64,000 nucleotides of DNA, from the IMG/VR virus record IMGVR_UViG_3300013286_000012, positions 1 through 64,000 of that record; one strand, 5' to 3'. The position numbers were made by a program, and so were the translations under genes. The stretch is from a virus. This document shows, piece by piece, positions 35,348 through 45,883 of the stretch; position 1 is the stretch's first letter, and each line of letters opens with the position of its first letter. Below the pieces are notes generated by a model. It was not told the origin of the DNA and searched no databases. It worked only from the letters and a program-made list of their open reading frames with translations.

Positions 35348-36212
35348 AGCGCCCCGTTTGAAACTCATTTTTTACAGCAATAGTAGATGATAAAATTGAA
35401 TTAAAAGTTTCATCAAATGAATCTTTTTTGTTTAGTACCCACCACGCTGCTAGCGCTGCCGTAGAGTTAGAAGTCCCAGCAGTAAACTTTGTTGAGCCGT
35501 TTAATTGAGTGGTGATATAACGAGCATCAAGGAAGAAGTCTGTCTGTCCTTGCGCACCGTTGCTATACCGTGCAATGGTCTTGTCGTAATCGGTTGTTTT
35601 TATTGTTGACAATGCGCTATCTACAGCGCCCACAGCGACCGCATCTGAAAGACATGCTGGAGAAAACACGGATGTGTGGTCTTCATCATTTCCTACAGCA
35701 GCCATTACTGGAACTTGTGCAGATTTTAATGCTGAAATGCTTTGAGCCATAGTTGCTGGAACTTTACATCCTGCAAATATTTTGCCCTGTGACAAACTTA
35801 CGGCAACAATATTGTATTTTTTACGATTTGCAACTACCCAATTGAGAGCGTTTTTAACGTCATCTAACGAGTAGGCGCTTTGCGCTCCAGATTGAGTTAT
35901 TCCTACAATTCTAATAGGAATAATTTTTACCGATGGGTTTACTTGAAGAATGACGGATAACATCTCTGTTCCATGATTAAAGTTTATATCAGTCGTAGGC
36001 GGTATATTTGCTGCACCAAGTCCTTCCATAGTTGTTTTGCCATTAGGACATTTAAACAACGTAAGGACACAAACTTCATACGCAATATTGTCTTTAAACA
36101 AAGACGTATTTGTTCCACTGTCAATCACCGCAATAGATTGTGGAACATCTGCGCGTGCAGGTGCTATAAAAGACACTAATAAAGTTATTACAACTAGCAG
36201 TTGTTTAATCAA
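35331..36212 (-). CDS. Secreted subtilisin-like (S8) serine protease
   Basis: Signal peptide; triad motifs AVIDSG, HGTEM, GTSNS; oxyanion AAVGN. Confidence 0.88.
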   Translation of the reverse strand: MIKQLLVVITLLVSFIAPARADVPQSIAVIDSGTNTSLFKDNIAYEVCVLTLFKCPNGKTTMEGLGAANIPPTTDINFNHGTEMLSVILQVNPSVKIIPIRIVGITQSGAQSAYSLDDVKNALNWVVANRKKYNIVAVSLSQGKIFAGCKVPATMAQSISALKSAQVPVMAAVGNDEDHTSVFSPACLSDAVAVGAVDSALSTIKTTDYDKTIARYSNGAQGQTDFFLDARYITTQLNGSTKFTAGTSNSTAALAAWWVLNKKDSFDETFNSILSSTIAVKNEFQTGRYVRIP

Positions 36213-36831
36213 GAATCCAACCCCTAAGCAACATAAATACCTTGCTTAAATATCTAGTTAGAAGGGGCTTGTTTACAACAGCAGCAGTAACTTGTTCTTT
36301 AGTTTGCGGGTTAGTAAAACTTTGAGTTTCGTTAGTTGTACCTTGAGTAGCAGAGATACTTGCACCAGTTGTGCTTGTAACTACTGGAGTAAATTTCATT
36401 TGACCATCTATAAAACTGTCAGGACCAAATGTAACAGCATCAGAATTAATAGTTGCAGAAACGGTTGTAGTATCTACAATTTCAATTTTTACTACAACAG
36501 GTGCTGGCATACTTGTTGAGCCTTGAGTAAATACTTGGGCTTGTAAATCATATTTTACAGGGTTATCAGGAGTACCACGATAACCTCCTTGAGTTTGTCC
36601 AGTAACTGGGTTTTCTGGAACTTGTAACACCAATCTTTGTCCAGCCCAAGGGGTGTCAGTTGGCATAACTCCACCTAAAGACCCGTTAGGACCACACACT
36701 GCAGGTCCACAAGCAATTACGTTTGTTACAACGCCATTAGAATCAACAACAGCATAAGTAGATTGGTCTCCTGCATATGCAGGAATTGTAGATAATGTTA
36801 AAAACGTTAATACAATAAATAATTTTTTCAT
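36205..36831 (-). CDS. Secreted hypothetical protein
   Basis: MKK-type signal peptide ending AYA. Confidence 0.7.
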   Translation of the reverse strand: MKKLFIVLTFLTLSTIPAYAGDQSTYAVVDSNGVVTNVIACGPAVCGPNGSLGGVMPTDTPWAGQRLVLQVPENPVTGQTQGGYRGTPDNPVKYDLQAQVFTQGSTSMPAPVVVKIEIVDTTTVSATINSDAVTFGPDSFIDGQMKFTPVVTSTTGASISATQGTTNETQSFTNPQTKEQVTAAVVNKPLLTRYLSKVFMLLRGWILD

Positions 36832-37283
36832 AATATAAATGAATCCCTCCGACCCATTGTTTGCGAGCGACGACTTATCTCTCTTGATACCAAGGTGATG
36901 TCCCGTTCTTGATTGTTTAACATCATCTCTAATATCTTACGATAAGCGTACTTCTCTTCGTACTTATCTCGCAAATCAAGGATGTCAGGCTCAACATCAA
37001 TCTGAGCCTTAATGAGCGAGACCGTGGTGCCCTTGGGCGCTCCTGTGGTTTTTGTTACAAGCATGCGGCTCTCAGCCAACTCAGCCTTGCGCAGGGCATC
37101 CCGTTCAGCCAGTTGAGCCTGTACCAACTGGCTAGACATATAGTCAGCCCAACCTGTAAGAATGGTAAACATCTCAGCCAACTGTTCACTGCTTAATTCA
37201 GTGATATCTGGTGGCAGTACCGCTTGAGCATACGTTGGCTTAGGGAGGTCTATGCCACCTTGCATCATCGGTGAGAGTTCCAT
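36828..37283 (-). CDS. Coiled-coil protein, possibly a UvsY-like recombination mediator
   Basis: Helical; position in the recombination module; function is a guess. Confidence 0.45.
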   Translation of the reverse strand: MELSPMMQGGIDLPKPTYAQAVLPPDITELSSEQLAEMFTILTGWADYMSSQLVQAQLAERDALRKAELAESRMLVTKTTGAPKGTTVSLIKAQIDVEPDILDLRDKYEEKYAYRKILEMMLNNQERDITLVSREISRRSQTMGRRDSFIL

Positions 37284-37285
37284 AA

Positions 37286-38131
37286 TTAATCTCCAATCAA
37301 ATCACACTGCTTACAACCACTAGGGTCAACATTACACTTCGGCATAACGCCAGCGTCAACCGCATCATTAATCTGCTGTGCCTTGTAGAAGACTCTCTCA
37401 ACCATGTCATAATCAGCCTTTACTGTGAACTCTTTGTAATCTTGGTCCATCTTTAATTCATATAAAAATACAATTTCTTTGGGCGCATCTTCTCCATACA
37501 TACGATGAGCAAGTTCTAGATACATCTGACCTTGCAACAAGTGACCACGGAATGGACGACGAATATTACGCCACGCCTTCTTTAAGTCATGGTCAGCATC
37601 ACGGAGCAAATCTGGTGCCTCAAAGCGCAGCGTGCCTTCACCAATAGACTTAATCTCAATCAAGAAATCATCATCAAGACCCTTGACCCAGCCATCGGTG
37701 TGTCCCGCAATACGAAGACTGTGGTCAACAAGTGCTACTTCGTCATAAACTAACGTTGCACACTTGCAGTGTTCGCATACTTCTGGAGATAACCCTGCAG
37801 TAATGCCCTTACAATTTTGACATTTAAAATCTCCCCACATATTTCCCATCTCATAGATGCGATTTTGCCATTTAGCATGAATGAAATGACCCTCATCAAA
37901 GATATTTTGCAGACGAAGGTTGGGGTTTGCTTGTTTCTTGATACCACCAGTAAGCAAGTAATAGGAATAACGATGGCAAAAGTCAGACCTAATCATCTCT
38001 GATGGATGAAGTACAATAGTACTGCGGTCATCTGGAACTCTCTTAAGTAGATGACGTTCAATAGGACCAAGAAGGCGCGTATCTGCTTTCTTAGTATCTA
38101 AGTATTTTTGTAAGTTATTCTTGACTACCAT
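37286..38131 (-). CDS. Cas4-like PD-(D/E)xK exonuclease
   Basis: HPS...C, G..IH, GHTDG, IEIKS, Q.Q.Y, terminal Cys cluster. Confidence 0.85.
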   Translation of the reverse strand: MVVKNNLQKYLDTKKADTRLLGPIERHLLKRVPDDRSTIVLHPSEMIRSDFCHRYSYYLLTGGIKKQANPNLRLQNIFDEGHFIHAKWQNRIYEMGNMWGDFKCQNCKGITAGLSPEVCEHCKCATLVYDEVALVDHSLRIAGHTDGWVKGLDDDFLIEIKSIGEGTLRFEAPDLLRDADHDLKKAWRNIRRPFRGHLLQGQMYLELAHRMYGEDAPKEIVFLYELKMDQDYKEFTVKADYDMVERVFYKAQQINDAVDAGVMPKCNVDPSGCKQCDLIGD

Positions 38132-38460
38132 TATTTATCCCTCTCATTACTAAAAATAAATTCTTGAAGCGTCATTTTTTTCTTGTACTTCTTCTTCCAT
38201 TTTCTTATGAGAGCATTTCTTTCTCGATGAGAAAGTCCTCCCCAAATACCGTGAGGCTCATCTCGACTTACTGCATCCCATAAACACTTTTCGCGTACAG
38301 GACACGGACTTTGACGAGATTCTCCAAAACAAATAGATTTTGCTTGTGTTGCAAGCACTTTGTATTGTTCTTTATCACGGGGTGGAAAAAAAATAAAAGT
38401 TGTATCGTCTTTGCCTCGGCAACGTGCTTCGTATACCCAAGCGTGGCGGGACTCATCCAT
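38131..38460 (-). CDS. whiB: WhiB-family transcription factor
   Basis: ARC...FFP...AKSIC...CPVREKCL...HGIWGGLS.RER. Confidence 0.92.
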   Translation of the reverse strand: MDESRHAWVYEARCRGKDDTTFIFFPPRDKEQYKVLATQAKSICFGESRQSPCPVREKCLWDAVSRDEPHGIWGGLSHRERNALIRKWKKKYKKKMTLQEFIFSNERDK

Positions 38461-38772
38461 TTATTGGAGTTTCTCTCTCATCTCTAAAAAATCATCTTCG
38501 GTTAAGAGTACATAGTTCTTGTCGTTAAGGCTAATTCCAAACACTGGCATTCTGCTATCAATAATTGCTTCTATAACAATTTTTTCAACTTCTAATGCTT
38601 TAATTGAAAACGATTTTTTGCCAGTCCACTTATGTTCAATCAATAAATCAGGTGAACGGACATCTCCTTTTCTAGACCAGAAAGCCCCAGAAGCAGCAGT
38701 CTTTGACCCACCAACTTTCTTAGCAAGTCGTTTCTCGTGCTTTTGAGATTGTTTTTGACCTTCACTCTTCAA
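38461..38772 (-). CDS. Hjc-type Holliday junction resolvase
   Basis: HEKR.AK..GG...ASGA....KGDV....LIEHK. Confidence 0.8.
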   Translation of the reverse strand: MKSEGQKQSQKHEKRLAKKVGGSKTAASGAFWSRKGDVRSPDLLIEHKWTGKKSFSIKALEVEKIVIEAIIDSRMPVFGISLNDKNYVLLTEDDFLEMREKLQ

Positions 38773-39007
38773 GAAGTTCTACCTTGCCCTCTTCGTAGCC
38801 CTCCAGCAAACGAGGAACAAGGTAGAAAAATGTTTCACGCCAAAAACATTGTGAACAACCGCAGAATAATTCTCCAGAAAGTGTTTCTGATACCTCATCA
38901 TCAGTGCCTTCGTAAATAGCATCCATGAGCATATCGGTGTAATCCTCTACTCCTTTCTCTAATGTGTGCGCCCAATCTTGGTCATTGACAATAAAATTTT
39001 TAGGCAT
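38762..39007 (-). CDS. Hypothetical protein
   Basis: FCGC..C..RE motif. Confidence 0.6.
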   Translation of the reverse strand: MPKNFIVNDQDWAHTLEKGVEDYTDMLMDAIYEGTDDEVSETLSGELFCGCSQCFWRETFFYLVPRLLEGYEEGKVELLEE

Positions 39008-40046
39008 CTAATTCCTCCGCCATTGGTAGGTCACTTGTTTCAAAAACTAACTTTTGTAATTCATCTTTAAGTTCAATTTCTTCACGGATGCTTTGGATAG
39101 CAGAGTCAATTCCTTGCCATTTGCGTTCACCAAAGTAATACCATCCGCCTTTACGTTGGATAATATTTTTTACAACAGCCAATGCTGCAACTTCTTTGGC
39201 AAAATCAAACTCACCAGGAGCACACTCGCCACCTTCTGCAAAATAAAAATCAAAGTAAGCAAGACGTTGTGGTGGTGCAGTTTTGTTCTTTAGCGTGCGA
39301 ACTTTAATACGTTGTCCTATACGGACCTTGTTTGTTCCAGAACCAATCTCAATCCACTCATCACGTTTTACCTCACAACGAGTAAAGAACGCATAGTTCT
39401 TTCCCTCTCCACCAGGAGTTGTGCGTGGGTCTCCGTGCATTACTCCAATCTTCATGCGGTACTGGTTGATGATAAGACCAAGAACTGGGCGCTCATCTTC
39501 AACAAGGGAACGCTTCATGGCTGTTCCTACTACACGAAAAAATTTATTGGTGAGTAATGCACCACGACCAACGGTTGCCTCGCTCATATCTTTCTCCATT
39601 TCTGGTGCAGGAGATAATGCTGGCAATGAATCAATAACAATTGCATCTACTGATTTAGATTCAGCAAATTGAATAACGGCTTGGTATGCCTCTTCCATAA
39701 TGCTAGTCTCAATGACAATAATACGACCAGTATCAACTCCACACATCGCCGCATACTCAGGCACCCATTGTTCTGCAGCAACCCACACAGTTGTATGTTC
39801 TGGATTCTTTGCTTGATTTGCAGCAATCGTTTTAAGCGCTAATGCAGTTTTACCGTGTGAGGGTTCTCCAATTAATTCATTCCATTGGTTTCCTGGAAAT
39901 CCTCCTCCAAGGACATAATCCAATGTAGTAGAACCACTGGTAATGCGAGGAATAAGGTCACTCCTAATGTCAGAAGCGATAACCACCACATTGTCCCCAA
40001 ATTTTTTGTTGAGGAGCGCCATAATTTTTTTTGCTTCATCATTCAC
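39000..40046 (-). CDS. recA: RecA recombinase
   Basis: GEPSHGKT, IVIDS, INQYR.KIGVMHGDP.TTPGG, KNKTAPP. Confidence 0.96.
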   Translation of the reverse strand: MNDEAKKIMALLNKKFGDNVVVIASDIRSDLIPRITSGSTTLDYVLGGGFPGNQWNELIGEPSHGKTALALKTIAANQAKNPEHTTVWVAAEQWVPEYAAMCGVDTGRIIVIETSIMEEAYQAVIQFAESKSVDAIVIDSLPALSPAPEMEKDMSEATVGRGALLTNKFFRVVGTAMKRSLVEDERPVLGLIINQYRMKIGVMHGDPRTTPGGEGKNYAFFTRCEVKRDEWIEIGSGTNKVRIGQRIKVRTLKNKTAPPQRLAYFDFYFAEGGECAPGEFDFAKEVAALAVVKNIIQRKGGWYYFGERKWQGIDSAIQSIREEIELKDELQKLVFETSDLPMAEELDA

Positions 40047-40420
40047 TAGTTAATCCTTCCAATGATTCCTTGTGGATTCCAATTACTTGCAATGTCATTT
40101 CCAATTGAAGCCTTTGTTGCTCCCTCTACCTTTGCACCAGTTAATGCGCCAAAACGACTACCCGACTGTTCTACTGGGTAACCACAGTCATAACAGCGTG
40201 GTTTTGCATTTTGAACAGACATGTAATTGTTACCCCCACAATCGGGGCATGAGTCAGTCTGCTGTGCGCTACCAATGCGAAGAGACGGTGCCTGTGGTTG
40301 TGGCGGTGAATACGGAGTCATAGGTTGTTGTGACGGCGGCATCGGCACATCTGCTGGTCGTGTTTGTTGTGGTGCTGCGGGCTGTGCACCTAGTTGTTTT
40401 GCCCACCAGTCTGCATTACT
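40046..40420 (-). CDS. Zn-ribbon hypothetical protein
   Basis: CPDCG..NY...RCYDCGYP; start near 40420 uncertain. Confidence 0.6.
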   Translation of the reverse strand, partial: SNADWWAKQLGAQPAAPQQTRPADVPMPPSQQPMTPYSPPQPQAPSLRIGSAQQTDSCPDCGGNNYMSVQNAKPRCYDCGYPVEQSGSRFGALTGAKVEGATKASIGNDIASNWNPQGIIGRIN

Positions 40421-42423
40421 CAATCTTTTGCCTCTCCCCATTTGTTAACTATCTTTACCTCTGCAATAAGAGGAACTGTAATTTCTGGAAGTTTAATTCC
40501 TTCCATTGATTCCCGAATTGCTTCGGCAGTTTCTTCTGCTAGGTCTCCACGTGCCACTGTAACTAACTCGTCATGTACAGTCAACACAACATTGACATCT
40601 GGTTCATCAACAAAACAAGAATGTGCCCTAATAATGGCTAATTTCATTAAATCTGCAGCAGAACCTTGAATAACGGTGTTAAAGGCTTGTCGGTCAGCCC
40701 TAGCCTTTAAGCCACGGTCTTTGCTCTTTAACTCTGGAATGTAGCGGCGACGTCCAAAAATAGTTTCAACATAAGGTGTCGGTCCACGTCCATTAGCCTG
40801 ACGTATAACTTTTGCTTTGTATTTAGAGATATCGTGAAATTGTTCTTCAAAACGATTTAACAAATCTTTAGCATCTGCAACAGAGCACCCAACTTGTTGA
40901 GCAATTTTTTCTGGCCCAACACCATAAGCAATAGAAAGAACAAGAACTTTTCCAGCCTTTCTGTTTACTCCCATTGTGTCACCAATAGTGGTGTAAATAT
41001 CACCGCCATTTAAATAATTATTCATCATAATTGGGTCGTTAGAAAATGATGCAATAATTCTTGGTTCAATCTGCGAGTAATCAGCCACTATTAATTTGTA
41101 CCCTGGTGGAGCAACAAATAAATTTCTAATTAATATTCCATACTTTCCACTGCTTGGAATATTTTGTAGGTTTGGGTCACTACTGGAGAACCGACCAGTT
41201 TCTGCTCCGTGCGCTTTAAAATTTGTGTGAACCCTTCCCTCAATCATGAGGCTTTTTTTATCCACAATCTTTTCTTTTCCCATTGTTGTGCGAGTAATCT
41301 CTCCACCAAGGTAAGGCATCACATACGTGGTCATTAATTTGTTTAAGTCTTGGTATTCTAAAATTGCGTCAACAAGTTCATCTTTTGCACGATAAAACTC
41401 CAATGCATCAGAAGACACGGAATAATGTTTAATTCCTAACTCTGATGGATTTGTTGCTGCCACATCTTGACCTTTAAGAGTAAGGGCCACACGAATACGC
41501 AAATTAGGTTTAATTCCACGACCCTCTGGTTTTGGTGAGAACAACAACTCTTGTTTTTCTTTGATGGAGTTCATAGAAAAAGGACGACCCGTAAGTTTCC
41601 ATGCTTTGGCTTTAGCATTGTCAATATCTTTTTCAAGGCGCATTTTCAATGCCTTTAACTCTTCTACATCAATGTTGGCACCAGTTAATTCCATGTCACA
41701 AAGCGCTGCAACAACGTCCATCTCTAACTGCCAAACTCTTTTAAGATTTCCCTGTAATTTTGCATTTAAAGATTTATACAACTTCCAAGTTACTTCGGAA
41801 TCAAAACCAGAATAATGAGCAACATCGCTAAATGAGTGCACTTCAACCATTGCTCCAATTCCTTTTTCAACTTTGATACCCAACTCTCGTTCAGAGCAAG
41901 CAGCAAGTCCAAGGGCATTCCGACTACGATTATCAATAATAAAAGAAGCCATTAAAGTATCAAAATGTGGTTTGCTAGGAACTACTCCACGGTAATATTT
42001 AGCAATAGACTTTAAATCAAACTTAACATTATGACCAATCTTTAATTTGTCGCTAAAAAATAATGGCTTTAACTCTTTAAATACATCTCCAGGAAATAAC
42101 TGCGCTGGCGGATTACCAAACACGGGCGTCCATTTGGCTTGATTCTTTGAGTAGTCTGCTTCTGCAAGTGTTTTACCTGCTGCAACCTTACGCTGACCAC
42201 TAAGGAGCATCTCTTTATCCCAATGCAAAAATTCACCATTTGGGTGACCCATAGGAATAACATCTGTGCGACCTTCTGTTGCTAAAGAAATCCACATAAC
42301 ATCATTGACTTTTGGTTGAATTCTATTTTCACCAACTGTTTCCACATCAAAGGAAAAAGCATCTACCTTGGAGTAAAACTCAACAAGTTCTTGTAACTGT
42401 TCTTTGGTTGTAATAATATTCAT
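40420..42423 (-). CDS. polA: Family A DNA polymerase with 3'-5' exonuclease
   Basis: FDVET, GHNVKFD, TGRFSSSDPNLQNIP, DYSQIEPR, YG, QGSAAD, VHDE. Confidence 0.96.
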   Translation of the reverse strand: MNIITTKEQLQELVEFYSKVDAFSFDVETVGENRIQPKVNDVMWISLATEGRTDVIPMGHPNGEFLHWDKEMLLSGQRKVAAGKTLAEADYSKNQAKWTPVFGNPPAQLFPGDVFKELKPLFFSDKLKIGHNVKFDLKSIAKYYRGVVPSKPHFDTLMASFIIDNRSRNALGLAACSERELGIKVEKGIGAMVEVHSFSDVAHYSGFDSEVTWKLYKSLNAKLQGNLKRVWQLEMDVVAALCDMELTGANIDVEELKALKMRLEKDIDNAKAKAWKLTGRPFSMNSIKEKQELLFSPKPEGRGIKPNLRIRVALTLKGQDVAATNPSELGIKHYSVSSDALEFYRAKDELVDAILEYQDLNKLMTTYVMPYLGGEITRTTMGKEKIVDKKSLMIEGRVHTNFKAHGAETGRFSSSDPNLQNIPSSGKYGILIRNLFVAPPGYKLIVADYSQIEPRIIASFSNDPIMMNNYLNGGDIYTTIGDTMGVNRKAGKVLVLSIAYGVGPEKIAQQVGCSVADAKDLLNRFEEQFHDISKYKAKVIRQANGRGPTPYVETIFGRRRYIPELKSKDRGLKARADRQAFNTVIQGSAADLMKLAIIRAHSCFVDEPDVNVVLTVHDELVTVARGDLAEETAEAIRESMEGIKLPEITVPLIAEVKIVNKWGEAKD

Positions 42424-42499
42424 GTAAATCCCCTCAAAAGTTTTGGTGTGAGAGAGCCTGAAGCGTCGTAAGCACAGGCTCCCTCACGTGGAAGCGTAC

Positions 42500-43147
42500 T
42501 TACGCTACAGAGCGAGCAACCTCAAGCATTTCGGAGCGAGGGGTCTCTCTAATAACTTCTGCTGTGAACGGTACAGCGGCTGCTACTAACTCTTGTACAT
42601 CGTCAGTGCTTAACTTCCATTCCTCAGCCAGGTCACGTCCACGAACAAAGTTAAGGGTATACTGTGTTGTTGGGCCTGAACCTAGACGAGAAACTTCCCA
42701 GAACTCTTTGGAAAGAGGTCCTTTACGCTCATCATCGTGCGCCTTCTTAATTTGGCGAGCAAGTGATGGTGGTGCTGTCATGATTTGAACTCCTTGTAAC
42801 TCTCCTGAGAGAACAAGTACGTTGAATGAAAACTTGCCACGTGGCTTATCGCCAAGGACATCGCAGAGTGGACATGCCTCACCGATGCAAACAAAAGATT
42901 TCTTACCCTTTGGGCGTTCAATCCAATGCTGCTCGTATGATGCAAATGGTTGGTCTTCAAGAAACTTCACCAATTGTGGTGATTCTGAAAACTTGAAGTC
43001 GGTAGGAAAATCAGATGAATTTTCCTGTATGAGTGAGTCGAATGCATCCCAACCTTGTTGAACTGTTGTTCCAACTTTTGGCATTGCATCTTCGTTATCT
43101 TCTGAGAGGTATGAATCTGCCTCTACTGTTGGTTTTGTTATTGGCAT
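42500..43147 (-). CDS. Single-stranded DNA-binding protein (gp32-like)
   Basis: VKFL...YEQHW...FVC....CPLC...SR.GSG..TQY. Confidence 0.7.
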   Translation of the reverse strand: MPITKPTVEADSYLSEDNEDAMPKVGTTVQQGWDAFDSLIQENSSDFPTDFKFSESPQLVKFLEDQPFASYEQHWIERPKGKKSFVCIGEACPLCDVLGDKPRGKFSFNVLVLSGELQGVQIMTAPPSLARQIKKAHDDERKGPLSKEFWEVSRLGSGPTTQYTLNFVRGRDLAEEWKLSTDDVQELVAAAVPFTAEVIRETPRSEMLEVARSVA

Positions 43148-43170
43148 TTGTTTCTTTCTGGTAATGAGGC

Positions 43171-43647
43171 CTATTGGCTCTCGGTGGATGTGATGTCTTT
43201 CCAGCGCTTTATTAAAGCCTCTGTTAAGTCATTGTATTGATTCCACTCTACGCGAGCAGAACCGAGCAATCCTCTACGGTTAAATTCTTCAACTGTAGAT
43301 TCAATAAGTGCACGAGTATAAACTCGGTTTCCTCCAGTGCTTTGGCCTTTTAAAGTTTTAGACCGAAGGCGATATGGGGCGCGAGGGATATACCCCTTAC
43401 GTTCCCACAGACGGATAGTAACAATGGTTTTTTCTAACGCTTGCGCTAACGCACTGATAGTAAAAACTTCTGCTTCTTTTCCACCTAATGTTTTAACAAT
43501 GGGATTTGCATCCCAACCGTTACTTTCTCCCGTCCTACGACGAGAAACTTTTGGGTCTTGTTCACGTCGTTTGCGTTTTGAACCAGGAACGTACTCCAAG
43601 TTAGCAAACGCTTCAAGGATTTCATCTTCCCCACGTAGACCAGCCAT
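43171..43647 (-). CDS. MerR-like HTH protein
   Basis: FTISALA.AL...VTIR.WE.KG.IP...R.YT. Confidence 0.75.
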   Translation of the reverse strand: MAGLRGEDEILEAFANLEYVPGSKRKRREQDPKVSRRRTGESNGWDANPIVKTLGGKEAEVFTISALAQALEKTIVTIRLWERKGYIPRAPYRLRSKTLKGQSTGGNRVYTRALIESTVEEFNRRGLLGSARVEWNQYNDLTEALIKRWKDITSTESQ

Positions 43648-43649
43648 TG

Positions 43650-44090
43650 TTACTTCTTCTTCAGTACTAATGCCCAAACAATTTGTTGTGGGTACATTTC
43701 TTCAATCTCTTCTTCAGTAAGTTCATCGCTGTAAAGAGCAGCCATCAAAGCATCCTCATCAACAACTTCTTTAGTAATAATAAGTTTATCTCGTAAACCC
43801 TTTTCTTCAATTAATTCAAAGGCTCGTAGTTCATTTATTTTTCTAGAAACACGACGCTGCTTTACAACTGCAACTGCTCCATCAATTTCTTTATCAAGTT
43901 CAATCACAATATTTCCAGATGAGTCAGGCTCACCATTAGCGTCCAGTTGTTCAAACAACTTAACTTTTAATTCTTTTTGCTGTGTTTCCCAATACTCAAG
44001 TTGTTGCTTTACAAAAGAGTATTGTTTTGCTTGTGCTGAAAAATCATTATCATCAGCAAATCGTGGCTCTGTTGGTTTTACTCTTGCCAT
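43650..44090 (-). CDS. Hypothetical protein
   Basis: GGGGG RBS; coiled coil plus VDEDAL motif. Confidence 0.65.
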   Translation of the reverse strand: MARVKPTEPRFADDNDFSAQAKQYSFVKQQLEYWETQQKELKVKLFEQLDANGEPDSSGNIVIELDKEIDGAVAVVKQRRVSRKINELRAFELIEEKGLRDKLIITKEVVDEDALMAALYSDELTEEEIEEMYPQQIVWALVLKKK

Positions 44091-44099
44091 GTGTTCCCC

Positions 44100-45674
44100 C
44101 TATGGTCTTGCTTTCTGTAGGAATCCTATAAGGCTACCCACCGTTAAGTCAACTCCACCCTTGGCGTTGATTCCTATTCCATCCATAACGGCATCCGCTA
44201 CGGCATTCTTTTGTTGGAGCATATCGTGTTGGCGTTCCTCTATGGAGTTGGCAACAATCATGTCTTGGATAGTGATGCTAGGCCAACGACTTGATGCTCT
44301 CTTAATTCGGCCGTTTCTTTGGACGGCTAAACCCGCTGACCAAGGAAGGTCATAGTTTACGAGAAGGTTTGCATTAGGAAGGTCAACACCATAACCTCCA
44401 GCATCAGAAGAAATAAATACGCGACAGTCAGGGTCAGAAATAAACTTTTCTTTGCTTTTTTCTTTTTCTTTGGCATTCATACTACCTGTGTAAAGGGTTC
44501 CTCCAACTTCTGAGTGGATAAGGTCAAGCATCCCTACCCACGAAGTAAATATAACTACCTTTGCTTCTGGGTCTGTATCTAGATGGTCATTAACGTAGTT
44601 CTTTAATTCTTGCAGTTTCTGAGATTTAACGACCCCCTCTAATAAGCCCCGTTCTTTTAGGCTATATGCATATGCGCTTCCATTACCTAGTTGTTTATCA
44701 AATGCTTGGGCGCTATTTTCCAGCAATGATGGATGGTCGCACAACATTCTGAGAGCAGTTATTTTGGACATGATAGAGCCACGCATCATGTCTGCAGGGC
44801 TTCCAGGGTTGCTGTCGTGCCCATAGTGAGCAAAGAGTGAGAAAGATGAACCCAGAAGTTGTTGCGCCTCGTACAACTCGTTACTGAGTTCATCAGCAAT
44901 AAAGTTGTAAAGAACAGATGTTTTTTTATCAAAAGGAACTAATATTGGGTCACGATAAAGGGTGTCAGGCAAATACGGGGCTACATCTGCGTCTGTTTGA
45001 ATTTTACGAACAGATGCTTGCTTCATTTTTTCATGAAAAATAGGGAGATTACGGTAACGTTGAACTCCACCAAAATGATTCCGTACAATAAAAGTTTGGT
45101 CAAACAAATCAAAACGACCCAAGAGACCATCATCAACAAACTGCATGATGCTGTACACCTCTTCTGGTCTACCGTTTTCAATAGGTGTTCCAGTCAATGC
45201 AAATCTAATAGGAATTTTAAAGGCTAATTTCTTTACCATTTTTGCACGTTTTGAACGAAACCCCTTTATAGCCGTGGCCTCATCGCAGATGACTGCTCCC
45301 CATTCGTAATCTTTAATTAAATCCCAGTCTGCAACAATTGTTTCGTAGTTACAGATGATGTAATTGGTGTGGTCTTCCCATTCAACATCTCGCATCCAAC
45401 GAACTGTACGAACAGACTTAGCGCCATCAATAACAGAAGTACCTGCATCAGAAAACTTTTTTATTTCTTTTTCCCATTGGTATTTAAGACTGGACAATCC
45501 AATAACAAGAACTGGTTTAGTAATAGAACCATCTTCTTTTAACTTTTCAATAGCAGCAATGGTCATGCAAGTTTTCCCTAAACCCATTTCGTAAGCCACT
45601 AGCATCTTTTTACGAATAACCATCTTGTTTACAGCATCTACTTGATAAGGTTTTAATGTTCCAATAAAAGTCAT
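44100..45674 (-). CDS. SNF2-family helicase
   Basis: EMGLGKT, DEAT, LTGTPIEN, GG.G.DL..A, QRNGRI.R. Confidence 0.93.
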   Translation of the reverse strand: MTFIGTLKPYQVDAVNKMVIRKKMLVAYEMGLGKTCMTIAAIEKLKEDGSITKPVLVIGLSSLKYQWEKEIKKFSDAGTSVIDGAKSVRTVRWMRDVEWEDHTNYIICNYETIVADWDLIKDYEWGAVICDEATAIKGFRSKRAKMVKKLAFKIPIRFALTGTPIENGRPEEVYSIMQFVDDGLLGRFDLFDQTFIVRNHFGGVQRYRNLPIFHEKMKQASVRKIQTDADVAPYLPDTLYRDPILVPFDKKTSVLYNFIADELSNELYEAQQLLGSSFSLFAHYGHDSNPGSPADMMRGSIMSKITALRMLCDHPSLLENSAQAFDKQLGNGSAYAYSLKERGLLEGVVKSQKLQELKNYVNDHLDTDPEAKVVIFTSWVGMLDLIHSEVGGTLYTGSMNAKEKEKSKEKFISDPDCRVFISSDAGGYGVDLPNANLLVNYDLPWSAGLAVQRNGRIKRASSRWPSITIQDMIVANSIEERQHDMLQQKNAVADAVMDGIGINAKGGVDLTVGSLIGFLQKARP

Positions 45675-45883
45675 GGCCTATCCAAAAGAGTAGGCGCCTT
45701 AGCGTACGAGCCGCATATAGCGCACTCCATATCTAATAGGTATTGAGAAATCTCATAATCCTCAAAAGATACTTTTATATTCCACAGAGTGGACTCACAA
45801 TGCAGGCATTCGTGACAAACCAATTGGGCATAATCCATCGTCCCTGTGTAGTCTGGTTTTAATTCACGAATTGATTTATTCAT
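45671..45883 (-). CDS. Small Zn-finger protein
   Basis: CLHC...CAICG. Confidence 0.6.
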   Translation of the reverse strand: MNKSIRELKPDYTGTMDYAQLVCHECLHCESTLWNIKVSFEDYEISQYLLDMECAICGSYAKAPTLLDRP

